NCBI GenBank assembly: GCA_017549425.1
Contig: JAFYUV010000017.1
Coordinates: forward strand, 6,384 to 70,383
Length of the DNA: 64,000 bases
Source of the DNA: Clostridia bacterium
GTDB taxonomy: Bacteria > Bacillota > Clostridia > TANB77 > CAG-465
Reading direction: 5' to 3'
Both the position numbers and the translations under genes were made by a program. The notes beneath the pieces were generated by a model, which was not told the origin of the DNA, searched no databases, and was given only the letters and a program-made list of their open reading frames with translations. This document shows, piece after piece, positions 10,981 through 20,024 of the stretch; the first letter of the stretch is position 1, and each line of letters begins with the position of its first letter.

Positions 10981-11643
10981 ATGAGATATAAATTTTATAA
11001 AAGAATTTGGGGGCAAATGAGGCATAAAAGACTCATTGCCTTTTTGTTTGTTTTATTAACAATTACTATATATGCGACAATGTACATTAAAAATGGTATA
11101 ATGCCAACAATAAAAACAATTTGTGAAAGTAGAGCTCAAGCAATAGCGCTTACTATAAGTTCTGAGGTAATAGAAGCTCATATGAATGAATTCAATTATG
11201 ATACTTTAATGAATTTAAATTATAATGACAGTGGGAAATTAATGACTATTAGTGCTAATATTACAGAAATGAATAAGTTATCTAACCAGATAATAAAGGA
11301 GATTCAGGGGAAATTGCTAGTAATAGAAGAATCAATAGTACAAATTCCTTTAGGTAAGCTTCTTGGATGGTCTATTTTTTCAGGATATGGCCCAGAGATG
11401 AGTATTAAAATCATTCCTGCAGGCAACGTATCTGCAGATTTTAAAACTGAATTTGCAGCACAAGGCATAAATCAAACAAAACACACTGTTTATATAGAAA
11501 TTATTACAGGTATTACTGTTATAGCGCCATTTACAAGTGATGTTATAGAATCTAAGAATGTGCTCACCGTTGCAGAGACGGTAATAATAGGAGATATTCC
11601 AGATACATATTTAGAGTTACCTAATGTTTTAGTGGGAGAATAA
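10981..11643 (+). CDS. yunB: sporulation protein YunB
   Basis: N-terminal TM then blocks resembling B. subtilis YunB (IPAGNVSADFKTEFAAQGINQT..., VIAPFTS); possible start at MRHKRL. Confidence 0.6.
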   Translation: MRYKFYKRIWGQMRHKRLIAFLFVLLTITIYATMYIKNGIMPTIKTICESRAQAIALTISSEVIEAHMNEFNYDTLMNLNYNDSGKLMTISANITEMNKLSNQIIKEIQGKLLVIEESIVQIPLGKLLGWSIFSGYGPEMSIKIIPAGNVSADFKTEFAAQGINQTKHTVYIEIITGITVIAPFTSDVIESKNVLTVAETVIIGDIPDTYLELPNVLVGE

Positions 11644-11709
11644 TGGTTGACTTTACAAATGCCAGCAAAAATGATATAATATTAACCACTAAAAGTTTTG
11701 GAGGAGCAT

Positions 11710-12183
11710 ATGATTATATCTACTGAACGGTTAATTTTAAGACCTTTTTGTATAGAAGATTTGGATGATTTTTTTAATATACTTCAAGAGGATAAAATAG
11801 AAAAATATTTACCAGGAATTTATTCTAATAACAAGGAAGAAATTAGAGAAAATATAGAAATATATCAAAATGCGGATTTTTCGAATGATTTTTATTATGC
11901 GATTATAGATAAACAAACTAATAAAATTATTGGAGCTATTGTGTGCGTAAGAACTATAGGGAACACATATGATATGTCGTATTTTATTTCTAAATTTCAA
12001 AGAGATAAAGGGTATATGTTTGAAGCGCTAGAGGCCTTTTGTCGGAGTATTAAAAAGACAATTGTAAGGGCTATTGTTCACTTTTTCGTAAAAAAAGACA
12101 ATAAAGAATCAATAAGACTACTGGAAAAATTAAGAGCTAAGTTGGTATGCGTTCATAAAATGAGTTTAGAGTTTATTATTTAG
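11710..12183 (+). CDS. GNAT family N-acetyltransferase (RimL-like)
   Basis: TERLILRPFCIEDLDDF N-terminus typical of RimJ/RimL GNATs; ATG 11710 after GGAGGAG. Confidence 0.7.
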   Translation: MIISTERLILRPFCIEDLDDFFNILQEDKIEKYLPGIYSNNKEEIRENIEIYQNADFSNDFYYAIIDKQTNKIIGAIVCVRTIGNTYDMSYFISKFQRDKGYMFEALEAFCRSIKKTIVRAIVHFFVKKDNKESIRLLEKLRAKLVCVHKMSLEFII

Positions 12184-12192
12184 GAGGTAATT

Positions 12193-12678
12193 ATGATTAT
12201 TATATCTGAAAGAACTGTGCTCAGACCTTTTTCTTTGAATGATATGGATGCTCTTTATCGGATGTCAATGGAAGAGGATATTAAAAAGTACACAGATATT
12301 CTTGTAACAGACAAAAGAAGTTTGAAAAAAAAGATCAATGTATATAAGTCTTCTGACTTTGTTAATGAGTTCTGCTTTGTCATAGTTGAGAAAGCCTCTA
12401 AAGAGGTAATTGGCTGTTTCTGTGGAATTGCAATTGTTCCTAAAATAATAGAGGTTATTTGCTGCTTGACAAAAGATAAAAGAGGGCAAGGGTTTATGCA
12501 AGAGGCAATCATTGCGTTTTGCAAACAAGTAGATAGATGTTTTGTTTTGAAATTTACGGTTTCAAACAAGAATAAAAGTGCAGAAAGATTCGTTAAAAAA
12601 TTAGGTGCTAAATATGACTTTAGCATTGGTGAAAACAAAGTGTTTTTATTATACAATAATTTAAAAGAACTGGAGTAA
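12193..12678 (+). CDS. GNAT family N-acetyltransferase (second copy)
   Basis: SERTVLRPFSLNDMDALY...; paralogous to preceding gene. Confidence 0.6.
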   Translation: MIIISERTVLRPFSLNDMDALYRMSMEEDIKKYTDILVTDKRSLKKKINVYKSSDFVNEFCFVIVEKASKEVIGCFCGIAIVPKIIEVICCLTKDKRGQGFMQEAIIAFCKQVDRCFVLKFTVSNKNKSAERFVKKLGAKYDFSIGENKVFLLYNNLKELE

Positions 12679-12700
12679 TCCAGTTCTTTTAACATAATAG

Positions 12701-14032
12701 TTAATCATTAAAATCTTTATATATATGATTAAATTTGCCGCTTACCTTATTTGCTTGTGGTGGTTCGTTGGATAAATGTATTTCGATATCTGAGATGTTT
12801 TTACTTTTTAGAAAATCTAACAAATCTTCTTTTGCGTGTTCGAAAGCGGATTTTGTATTTTCAGAAATAAGTCTTAATTCTAATATATTATATGATTTTT
12901 GAATTAATTGAAATCTTGTAATTTCTTTTATTTCTTCTAAAATTTTATAAAAAGACATTGGTGCAATTAAAACATTATTTTCAAATTCTAATATATTATC
13001 TGTTCTACCTTCAATTTCAAGCCAAAGGGAATTTTTACCACATTTGCATTTATCGTTGTGAACGATGATGCGGTCGTTTAATTCATATCTTATAATTGGT
13101 TGAATATAGTTAGATAAATTAGTAATTAAAACTTTATCTGAAAGTTGTCCATAAGGAACGGGGTTGTTGTTTTTATCTACTGGTTCTACTATTACCCAAT
13201 CTTCGTTTATATGTAAGTGTTTCATTGGACATTCACAGGCTATTTCACCAGCTTCAGTACATGAATAATGTGTTTGTACGTAGCAATTAAATTTATCTGT
13301 TAATTTTTTCCTAATTTCATCTGTTAATAGTTCTCCGCCAGTAATTACTACATCTGGCTTTATAACTAATTCTTCAAAATTAGCTAAAAGGGCAAGGTTT
13401 GAAGGATATCCGCTTAGCATAGAAGGCTTGAAATTATTTAATTCTTGTATAATAAGCTCTTCTTTAGAATTAACGTCAATAGTTATTTTGTTTTTTTTAG
13501 TAGGCATTCTAAGCTGCAGGTATCTTGACATACCACAAGCAAGATAAAAACCGTAATTAGCAAACACTCCTGCGGTTCTTTTCCCATTATTCATAAATTT
13601 TTTAAAATCTTCTTTTCTGGCAAAAGTTCTAAAAGCAGCAACTGCTGATGCCACATCAATATTTTGCTTGTCATATAATATTATTGCTGGATTCCCTGTA
13701 GAACCAGAAGTTTTGAATATCAAATACTTTCCTTCTATCATACGGCCAACGTTATCTATATTACTTGTAAAATTCTCAATTTTTTGCATGTTAATATTTT
13801 TATCTGTAATCCATGTATCAAAATTTTTCATCATTTCTATTTTATTTGTTACTGGCAAATCTTGCAAAGAAAAATTATCTTTGATATTTGTATATAACTT
13901 GTTAAAATAAGGACTATTGCTTTTTGTAAATTTTACAAGCTTTTTTAGTCTTTTGTATTGTAATTTACTTAAGCTTTCTCTACTTATATTATTTGCTTCG
14001 TATGTTTTGAACATAGCACCAATTAAACTCAT
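12701..14032 (-). CDS. phenylacetate-CoA ligase (PaaK/CapK)-like adenylate-forming enzyme
   Basis: TSGSTGNP AMP-binding motif, 443 aa, overall PaaK-family layout. Confidence 0.65.
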   Translation of the reverse strand: MSLIGAMFKTYEANNISRESLSKLQYKRLKKLVKFTKSNSPYFNKLYTNIKDNFSLQDLPVTNKIEMMKNFDTWITDKNINMQKIENFTSNIDNVGRMIEGKYLIFKTSGSTGNPAIILYDKQNIDVASAVAAFRTFARKEDFKKFMNNGKRTAGVFANYGFYLACGMSRYLQLRMPTKKNKITIDVNSKEELIIQELNNFKPSMLSGYPSNLALLANFEELVIKPDVVITGGELLTDEIRKKLTDKFNCYVQTHYSCTEAGEIACECPMKHLHINEDWVIVEPVDKNNNPVPYGQLSDKVLITNLSNYIQPIIRYELNDRIIVHNDKCKCGKNSLWLEIEGRTDNILEFENNVLIAPMSFYKILEEIKEITRFQLIQKSYNILELRLISENTKSAFEHAKEDLLDFLKSKNISDIEIHLSNEPPQANKVSGKFNHIYKDFND

Positions 14033-14094
14033 TTAAAATCACCTTTTATTTTTATTTGTTTGATTGTAATTATATCACAATAATAATTTAAGTC

Positions 14095-14122
14095 AAAAAA
14101 AGAATCCGTATAAACGGATTCT
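14095..14122 (-). terminator. terminator of rplM-rpsI operon
   Basis: minus-strand hairpin GAATCCGT-TTAT-ACGGATTC followed by T-run. Confidence 0.7.
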
Positions 14123-14136
14123 TGTATGTATAAATA

Positions 14137-14550
14137 TTAACGTTTGCTGAATTGTGGCGCTTTTCTTGCCTTCTTAAGACCATATTTTCTTCTTTCTTTA
14201 ACACGTGAATCACGAGTAAGAAGACCAGCTCTTTTAACTAAAGTTTTAACATCGCCATCTGTAGTAGCTAAAGCTTTAGCAATACCGTGAGCTACAGCAC
14301 CAGCTTGGGCTGAAAATCCACCGCCATGAACAGTAGCTATTACGTCATATTTTTCTATTGTGTTAGCTACAGCAAAAGGTCTTGTAACAACAGCTTTTAA
14401 TGTTTCTAAAGAATAGAATTCATCAAGAGGTTTTTCGTTAATTGTTATTTTACCTGTTCCTGGAGTAATTCTTACTCTAGCTATAGCAGATTTTCTTTTA
14501 CCAGTTGCATATATAAATTTTTGTGAATTTGCAATTTCTTTTTTTGCCAT
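14137..14550 (-). CDS. rpsI: 30S ribosomal protein S9
   Basis: [20 protein letters not shown]... and C-terminal KKAPQFSKR are S9 hallmarks. Confidence 0.92.
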   Translation of the reverse strand: MAKKEIANSQKFIYATGKRKSAIARVRITPGTGKITINEKPLDEFYSLETLKAVVTRPFAVANTIEKYDVIATVHGGGFSAQAGAVAHGIAKALATTDGDVKTLVKRAGLLTRDSRVKERRKYGLKKARKAPQFSKR

Positions 14551-14566
14551 TTTACATTACCTCCTA

Positions 14567-15001
14567 TTAAAATTCCCATATTTCTGGCTTTTGAGCTTGT
14601 TGTTCATGCTCAGCACCAGTATATACTCTTAATTTAGTAAGCATTGCTCTACCTAGACTGTTTTTAGGTAGCATTCCTTTAACTGCTATAGTAACAGCTC
14701 TTGTAGAATGTTTGCTCATCATATCTTTGGCTTTAACTTCTTTTAATCCTCCAATATATCCAGAGAAAGAAGTATAAACTTTTTTATTTAATTTATCTCC
14801 TGTTAATATAACCTTATCTGAGTTAAGGATAATAACATGATCACCACAATCAATATGTGTTGAATAAGTTGGTTTGTGTTTTCCTTTTAATAGTTTTGCG
14901 GCTTCAGCGGCAACTCTTCCTAAAGGTTTACCAGCACCATCTATTATGTACCATTTTTTTTGTATTTCGCTTGCTTTTGCGCTATAAGTCTTATTATTCA
15001 T
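14567..15001 (-). CDS. rplM: 50S ribosomal protein L13
   Basis: KKWYIIDGAGKPLGRVAAEAAKLLKGKHKPTYSTHIDCGDHVIILN matches L13. Confidence 0.92.
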   Translation of the reverse strand: MNNKTYSAKASEIQKKWYIIDGAGKPLGRVAAEAAKLLKGKHKPTYSTHIDCGDHVIILNSDKVILTGDKLNKKVYTSFSGYIGGLKEVKAKDMMSKHSTRAVTIAVKGMLPKNSLGRAMLTKLRVYTGAEHEQQAQKPEIWEF

Positions 15002-15122
15002 TTTAGATGTCTCCTCCTAAAAATTAATTATATCTTGTATACTAATAAAAATTACCGAAAAATATTAATATGCAAAACATATGCTAATATATTTTACAAT
15101 ATTTTTGGAAATATGTCAACTA

Positions 15123-15148
15123 AAAATTATAAACATTAAAAAATTATT
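15123..15148. repeat. 26-bp direct repeat (left copy) AAAATTATAAACATTAAAAAATTATT, putative attL core
   Basis: Identical 26-mer recurs at 23122-23147; read directly from sequence. Confidence 0.85.
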
Positions 15149-15158
15149 TGTTGAGTTA

Positions 15159-15220
15159 CAATTGATGTGAAACAAGAAGTAATATTTTTAACTGTTAATA
15201 TTACTTTGTTTCGCATCATT
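15159..15220. promoter_or_regulatory. imperfect inverted repeats (CAATTGATGTGAAACAA / TTGTTTCGCATCATT) flanking a 9-bp-stem hairpin; candidate phage ori/packaging or operator region
   Basis: 15159-15175 and 15206-15220 are inverted copies; hairpin AGTAATATT-TTTAACTGTT-AATATTACT at 15178-15205; a third copy TTGTTTCACATCATTG is at 23096-23111. Confidence 0.5.
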
Positions 15221-15246
15221 TTTTATTTTTTTTAGGAGGAAATATT

Positions 15247-15543
15247 ATGGAAAAAGAAAAAAATGTTACTAAAGAAGAAGATTATAAAGATTTACCGTCT
15301 TTTAAAATGCGTAGACTAGATTGTTTAAAGCAGCAAACAAAAAACGGTGAAGAATATTATATGTTTAATGGTATAGTTCGTTTTGGAGATAAAGCACAGC
15401 TATTAACATTTTTTACTAAAGACGAAGATTTATATACCGAAGTTTTAGCTATTCCAGTAAATCATGATTTTAATTTATATTATGAATTATATCTTGATTA
15501 TCAAAACAATTGGAAAGTAAAACCTGTTGCCGTTTCACTTTAA
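15247..15543 (+). CDS. hypothetical phage protein (possible ssDNA-binding gV analogue)
   Basis: 98-aa ORF with RBS AGGAGGA, first gene inside the element; function unsupported. Confidence 0.35.
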   Translation: MEKEKNVTKEEDYKDLPSFKMRRLDCLKQQTKNGEEYYMFNGIVRFGDKAQLLTFFTKDEDLYTEVLAIPVNHDFNLYYELYLDYQNNWKVKPVAVSL

Positions 15544-15623
15544 AAAAATCTCGCCCAAGACTTAATAACATTGGGCGAGTGTCCCAAAAATGAGAATTTT
15601 ATATTTCAAAGAGGTTATAAAAA

Positions 15624-16674
15624 ATGATAGACACAGTTAAGATTTATACAAAGATTAGCGAGTGTTTATATAATGAAATAGACAAGCTGTCTGATACAGT
15701 TGCAAAGTATAACGTAGGACAAGACATTATTTATTATAAGTTGTCTAGTGGTTCTGTGAAAGGTTCATATGACAGTTCTCTACATTTTCGACCTTCTCAA
15801 GCAAAGTATGGTATGGGTTATTGGTTAGAGCTTGAACGGAAGTTATCATAAATTATGCTATGGTTATAACTCACATAATGGCTTTTATGATATAGAAAAT
15901 GTTTGTCAAGGTATGATAGATTTGTTCTCTAATGCATACAATTTGGAATTACCAAGTTTTGAAAATTGGTATGTACACAGAATAGATATATCTTTTGTAT
16001 ATGATTTAGAAAATCAAGAAAACGTTTCTAATTATATAAACAATTGTAGATATTTAGTTTACCCAAGAAGAAAAACTCAATATTTTTTAAATGAATGTGT
16101 TTATTTTGCTGGTAGTCGTTCTACCTTAAAAATATACAATAAGTTTCTAGAATTTAAAAAGCATGATTATAAAAAATTAAATAAATTTGATAATTTTGAT
16201 ATAGATAATTATTGTGAACAAATAAAAGGGTTTGTTAGATTTGAGTGTGAGTTACGAAAGAAAAAGTTATATGAAATTTTAGGAGAAGATAAAAACAAAG
16301 TTTTAGATATTGATATAGAAAAGTTAAATAATTATGTTGTTGGTGATTTTATGAAGTTGTTTAAAGTTAATGATAATAATATATGTATTGTAAGAAGTCA
16401 AAATGATGTTAAAAATTTATTATATAGTAGATATAAAGATTGTAAAGCTAGAAGATTATTCGGATTTTATTTATGTTGTATAAATGACGGTATTAATAAT
16501 GTAAAGGAACAATTTTCAAGTTCTTCATTTTATAGAAACATTTTAGAATTAAAAGAATGTGGTATAGATTTTACACAACAAGCTTTTATAGTTGAGGAAA
16601 AGATTGAAACAAATGTTAAATTTGTAGATTTTATGCCTTTTGTAAACAATTGTAAATATCGTGAGGTAGTTTAA
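15624..16674 (+). pseudogene. rolling-circle replication initiator, Phage_CRI / filamentous phage gene II family (apparent +1 frameshift near 15835-15850)
   Basis: N-term MIDTVKIYTKI... and RIDISFVYDL block resemble Ff gpII; two overlapping ORFs (15624-15851 frame 0, 15832-16674 frame 1) together give about 350 aa. Confidence 0.6.
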
Positions 16675-16814
16675 TGGAAGAAGGATTATCAGGAATAATT
16701 GTTATATTATTTTGTATTGCTATTTTATTAATTTTTATAATTGGACAAATTGATGTTGGTCGAGAAAATGGTTTGAAGATATATAAGGAAGTAATTTATG
16801 TATATACTGAGTAA
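16674..16814 (+). CDS. small single-TM phage protein (46 aa)
   Basis: ATG overlaps rep stop (TAATG); MEEGLSGIIVILFCIAILLIFIIGQ...; typical inovirus minor-coat-sized ORF, not in track (<60 aa). Confidence 0.4.
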   Translation: MEEGLSGIIVILFCIAILLIFIIGQIDVGRENGLKIYKEVIYVYTE

Positions 16815-16976
16815 AACAAATGAAATTAAAAGATATAGATATATATCAAATTCTATTTATCCATTAAGTATTTGGATTAAAGCAAGACATTCTTTGCTTA
16901 TTACTCCGTTATTTTTATTTGTTAGTGAATTTGGTATAAGAAAAATGAGAGAGATTTTATCTAAAGGAGATAAATT

Positions 16977-17177
16977 ATGTTTGTAGAGATATTTTTTTGT
17001 GTAGTATTAATTTTTGTAGCTATTTGGTGTAATGAAGAAACGAAAAATACAAAAAAGAGAAATGAGATTTTAGAATTAGCTAAACAAGAAAAAGAATTAA
17101 ATTTAAATAGAGTAAAAGAAAGACAAAAATATGTAAATGTAATATTAAATTTTGAAAAGGAAGATAAAAATGGTTAA
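16977..17177 (+). CDS. small TM + charged-tail phage protein (66 aa)
   Basis: MFVEIFFCVVLIFVAIWCNEE... hydrophobic helix then K/E-rich tail. Confidence 0.35.
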   Translation: MFVEIFFCVVLIFVAIWCNEETKNTKKRNEILELAKQEKELNLNRVKERQKYVNVILNFEKEDKNG

Positions 17178-17415
17178 TTTAATTGTTTTAAATGATATAG
17201 ATGTTATTTTTAATCGCGCAGGTTTTAATCGATTTATGACTGCCGAAGGTTTCTTTTATTTAGAAGCCTCAACAGATTTAGCTGTATTTTTTAATACAAG
17301 TAATAAAACAGTTTTAGTTTATGATTATGAGACAATGGAAGCAAAACAATTTAATTCAAAAATATTGGATTTAATAGATTTTGTAATTATAATGTTAGGT
17401 TGGAGAAATGAATGA
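17152..17415 (+). CDS. hypothetical phage protein (87 aa)
   Basis: ORF in phage module; possible start at MVNLIVL. Confidence 0.3.
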   Translation: MKRKIKMVNLIVLNDIDVIFNRAGFNRFMTAEGFFYLEASTDLAVFFNTSNKTVLVYDYETMEAKQFNSKILDLIDFVIIMLGWRNE

Positions 17416-17594
17416 TAATAATATATTTATATTGTTTAATCAAAATGCCATATGCAATATGGCAAATGATAAACGTAATAAAAGAATTCAAGAGGGAATA
17501 TGAGAAAAGGCCATATGATTGGTCTAGAGAAAAATAAGAATGCTGACCCCCCTATAAATAGATTTAACAAAAGATAAAAAGGAGTAATAAACAA

Positions 17595-19011
17595 ATGATA
17601 AAATTTATTAAAAATAATTCTGTAAAATTTATATCTAGTATGTTTATAATGCTAACTATATTAATGGTTAGCACTTCTGTGTTTGCTTTTTCTTCTTTTG
17701 AAGTGGATGAATCTGGAATTGAAGGCTTTACCAAAGAAGGTATTAAAGAGTTTTTAGTGTCTGAGGGCTATTCTCAATACGCAAATGGTAATTATATTTT
17801 ATTTTCTACTTGTAATCAATTTGGAGCTCAAAGTCATACAGCTGTTGTAGTTAGAGAAGATTATGCTGACAAAATTTCATATATTAAGGAAAATGATACG
17901 TCTTCTAATTGTATGGTTTTTTATGATTCAAATAATAGTTTTCTTAAGCCTTATAAGATATCGATTTATTATTCTGACGGAGTTTATTCTTCAGCTTTTG
18001 GCGAAGGTTCTTCAGCTAATTTTTATATAAGTGATTTAACTTATTTCCATTATTCAGATTATGATATTTATAATAAATCTGGTGAGATAGTATATGATAC
18101 AGTATCACAAAAAGCAAAGAAAATAATATATGAAATAAATTATGCTGAGGACAAAAAAACAGCTACATTACATGCAGAGATAAAGAACACATCAGAAGGT
18201 GATAAATTATATTATTCTACTTTAGGCTTTTCTTTGACTGGTAAATTAATAAATCCAATAGAATTAAATCAATCACAATTGAGTATTATTAATTTATATA
18301 AAAACGATATTATATATTTACAAGCTTTTGATTTTTATCGGAGATCTTATAGATACAGTAGTTGTAGATGTTACTGAGTTAGATGTTTTTGATTCAAGTA
18401 ATTTTGATATTGAAATTCGTAGTGATGCTAATGGTGAAACTCGTGTTTATGGAACTTTATATGGTAATTATTATTTGTATTATGATATAGATTGTAAAGT
18501 ATTGGTTGAGTCTGATGTTCATGACGACCCTGATTTAGATTATATTTCTGTTAAATATGAAAATAGTTCTGTTAATGAATTGAATTCTTATTTTAGTTAT
18601 GTTAGTGGTTCAAAAATTTATTTTAATACTACTTCTTCTAATTCTTATTTCATTGAAGTTTTTTTTAGAATAACTAATAAATCAACTGGACAGGTTGTTT
18701 ATATTAAGTCTATTGATTTTAATTTTGGTAATTTAGGTCATGGATATAATGAAGAGCACATATATGAAGATGATGAAGCTGTTGAAAACGGTGATTTTAT
18801 TGTTGATGATGGTTCTTCTGATATTGACTTTTCTGGCATTGAAAATTGGAAAATTGAAGATTATTATGATTTAGTATCAGCTGATAATTTTGTTTGGAAA
18901 TTTTTTAAAGCTGTGCTTTTTGAATTACCTTCATGGATTACAACTCCTTTATATATTCTTATTTTTGGTGTAGTTATAATTACTCTTTATCGTTTTATTC
19001 GTGGAGCGTGA
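17595..19011 (+). pseudogene. pIII-like secreted adsorption/minor coat protein with C-terminal membrane anchor (apparent frameshift between 18283 and 18377)
   Basis: Signal peptide MIKFIKNNSVKFISSMFIMLTILMVSTSVFA; second ORF (18328-19011, TTG start) ends in TM anchor LPSWITTPLYILIFGVVIITLYRFIRGA; the two ORFs overlap in different frames. Confidence 0.45.
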
Positions 19012-19016
19012 TTTTT

Positions 19017-19403
19017 ATGTATATTGAATATGTTTTTAATTGGTTATATAAAATCATGTTGTTACCATTTCCTTTAGTTTTATCTAATGAAGTTTTTTAT
19101 TTAGTTACTATTCTTGATTTATTTATGTTTTCTGTGTATGTTGCTATTTTTATCATTTTAATTCGTTATATTTTAACTGATACGATTTCTTTTGAAATTG
19201 GTGGATATTCAATTAATTATAGTTCTAGTGCTTATTTGCCTTCTCATATTCTATCTAACAGAAATAAAAAAAGGGAAATTAAAGAAAGAATAAAAAAGGA
19301 AAGAACAAGAAAATTTAAAAATGAAAAACAACAAAGAGATTTAAAAGAAGCTAAAGTAAAAAATTTAATAAAAAGGAGATTAAATGATTATGGTTCCAAG
19401 TGA
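19017..19403 (+). CDS. pVI-like multi-TM minor coat protein candidate
   Basis: MYIEYVFNWLYKIMLLPFPLVL...three hydrophobic segments then KR-rich tail; ATG 19017 right after pIII-like stop. Confidence 0.35.
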   Translation: MYIEYVFNWLYKIMLLPFPLVLSNEVFYLVTILDLFMFSVYVAIFIILIRYILTDTISFEIGGYSINYSSSAYLPSHILSNRNKKREIKERIKKERTRKFKNEKQQRDLKEAKVKNLIKRRLNDYGSK

Positions 19404-19497
19404 GTTATTAGAAATTTTTATATACGTTAGTATTATTTCATCTATATTATTAATCTTAAAGACTGCATTTCAATTTTTTAAATGGTTCTTTAATTAG
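19384..19497 (+). CDS. small single-TM phage protein (37 aa)
   Basis: MIMVPSELLEIFIYVSIISSILLILKTAFQFFKWFFN; overlaps end of previous gene in another frame. Confidence 0.3.
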   Translation: MIMVPSELLEIFIYVSIISSILLILKTAFQFFKWFFN

Positions 19498-19562
19498 TGA
19501 GGTGATTTAGTTTGGATGTTTCAATTTATACTGAACAACCTTTTTTAGATGTTGGACAAATT

Positions 19563-19685
19563 ATGAAACAGTGGTTTGGTTCAACTTCTAGCAATGTTCC
19601 AGTAGATATATGTATTATATTTAGTTATTTATTATTATTTGTATTTGGTCTTAGCATATTAGGTTTGTTATTTCGTAGACGTTAA
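19563..19685 (+). CDS. small coat-like protein with C-terminal RRR (40 aa; alternative TTG start 19512)
   Basis: MKQWFGSTSSNVPVDICIIFSYLLLFVFGLSILGLLFRRR: TM helix plus basic DNA-binding-type C-terminus. Confidence 0.4.
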   Translation: MKQWFGSTSSNVPVDICIIFSYLLLFVFGLSILGLLFRRR

Positions 19686-19765
19686 TTAGTTATAATCCAG
19701 CTTCTAGTTGGTTTATATAAATTTCATTCGGATTCTGTTCTTGAATCCAGTTAGGAGGTTTTATC

Positions 19766-19948
19766 ATGGAAGGTGCAGCAACTTTAGTAAGTTCAATAAC
19801 TGAAGGCGTAACAACTTTATCAACTGGAATTTTCAATGTAGTAACTTCTGCATTTGAAAATACTAACATGTTGACAATGATTGGTATCGCAATTGCTTTC
19901 GGTCTTGTTGGTTATGGTCTTTCACTTATACCTAAATTAAGAGGGTAA
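19766..19948 (+). CDS. major coat protein (pVIII-like) candidate
   Basis: 60 aa, amphipathic N-part, TM MIGIAIAFGLVGYGLSLI, basic end PKLRG; RBS AGGAGG; followed by GC-rich hairpins. Confidence 0.5.
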   Translation: MEGAATLVSSITEGVTTLSTGIFNVVTSAFENTNMLTMIGIAIAFGLVGYGLSLIPKLRG

Positions 19949-19952
19949 TGGT

Positions 19953-20001
19953 TAGCGTTAGCTAACGCACGGCGAGGAAAAGGAGCGCAAGCTCCCTCCT
20001 C
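19953..20001 (+). terminator. pair of GC-rich hairpins after coat gene
   Basis: GCGTTAGCTAACGC palindrome and GCGAGGA-AAAGGAGCGCAAGCTCCC-TCCTCGC nested stem with GCAA loop; unusually GC-rich for this genome; no clear T-run. Confidence 0.45.
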
Positions 20002-20024
20002 GCTTGTGCATATAAGGAGTAATT

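Noticed and set aside
15123-15148. 26-mer as a chromosomal dif site used by XerCD (as for CTXphi-type inoviruses)
   Set aside because: Location is origin-proximal (rpsF-ssb, dnaB neighbourhood) rather than at the terminus, and the sequence does not resemble the Firmicute dif consensus (ACTTCCTAGAATATATATTATGTAAACT). Kept only as a hypothesis to test.
16798-16986. 62-aa ORF in phage region
   Set aside because: Overlaps the better-supported 46-aa TM ORF (16674-16814) in another frame and has no RBS. Possibly spurious, though not excluded.
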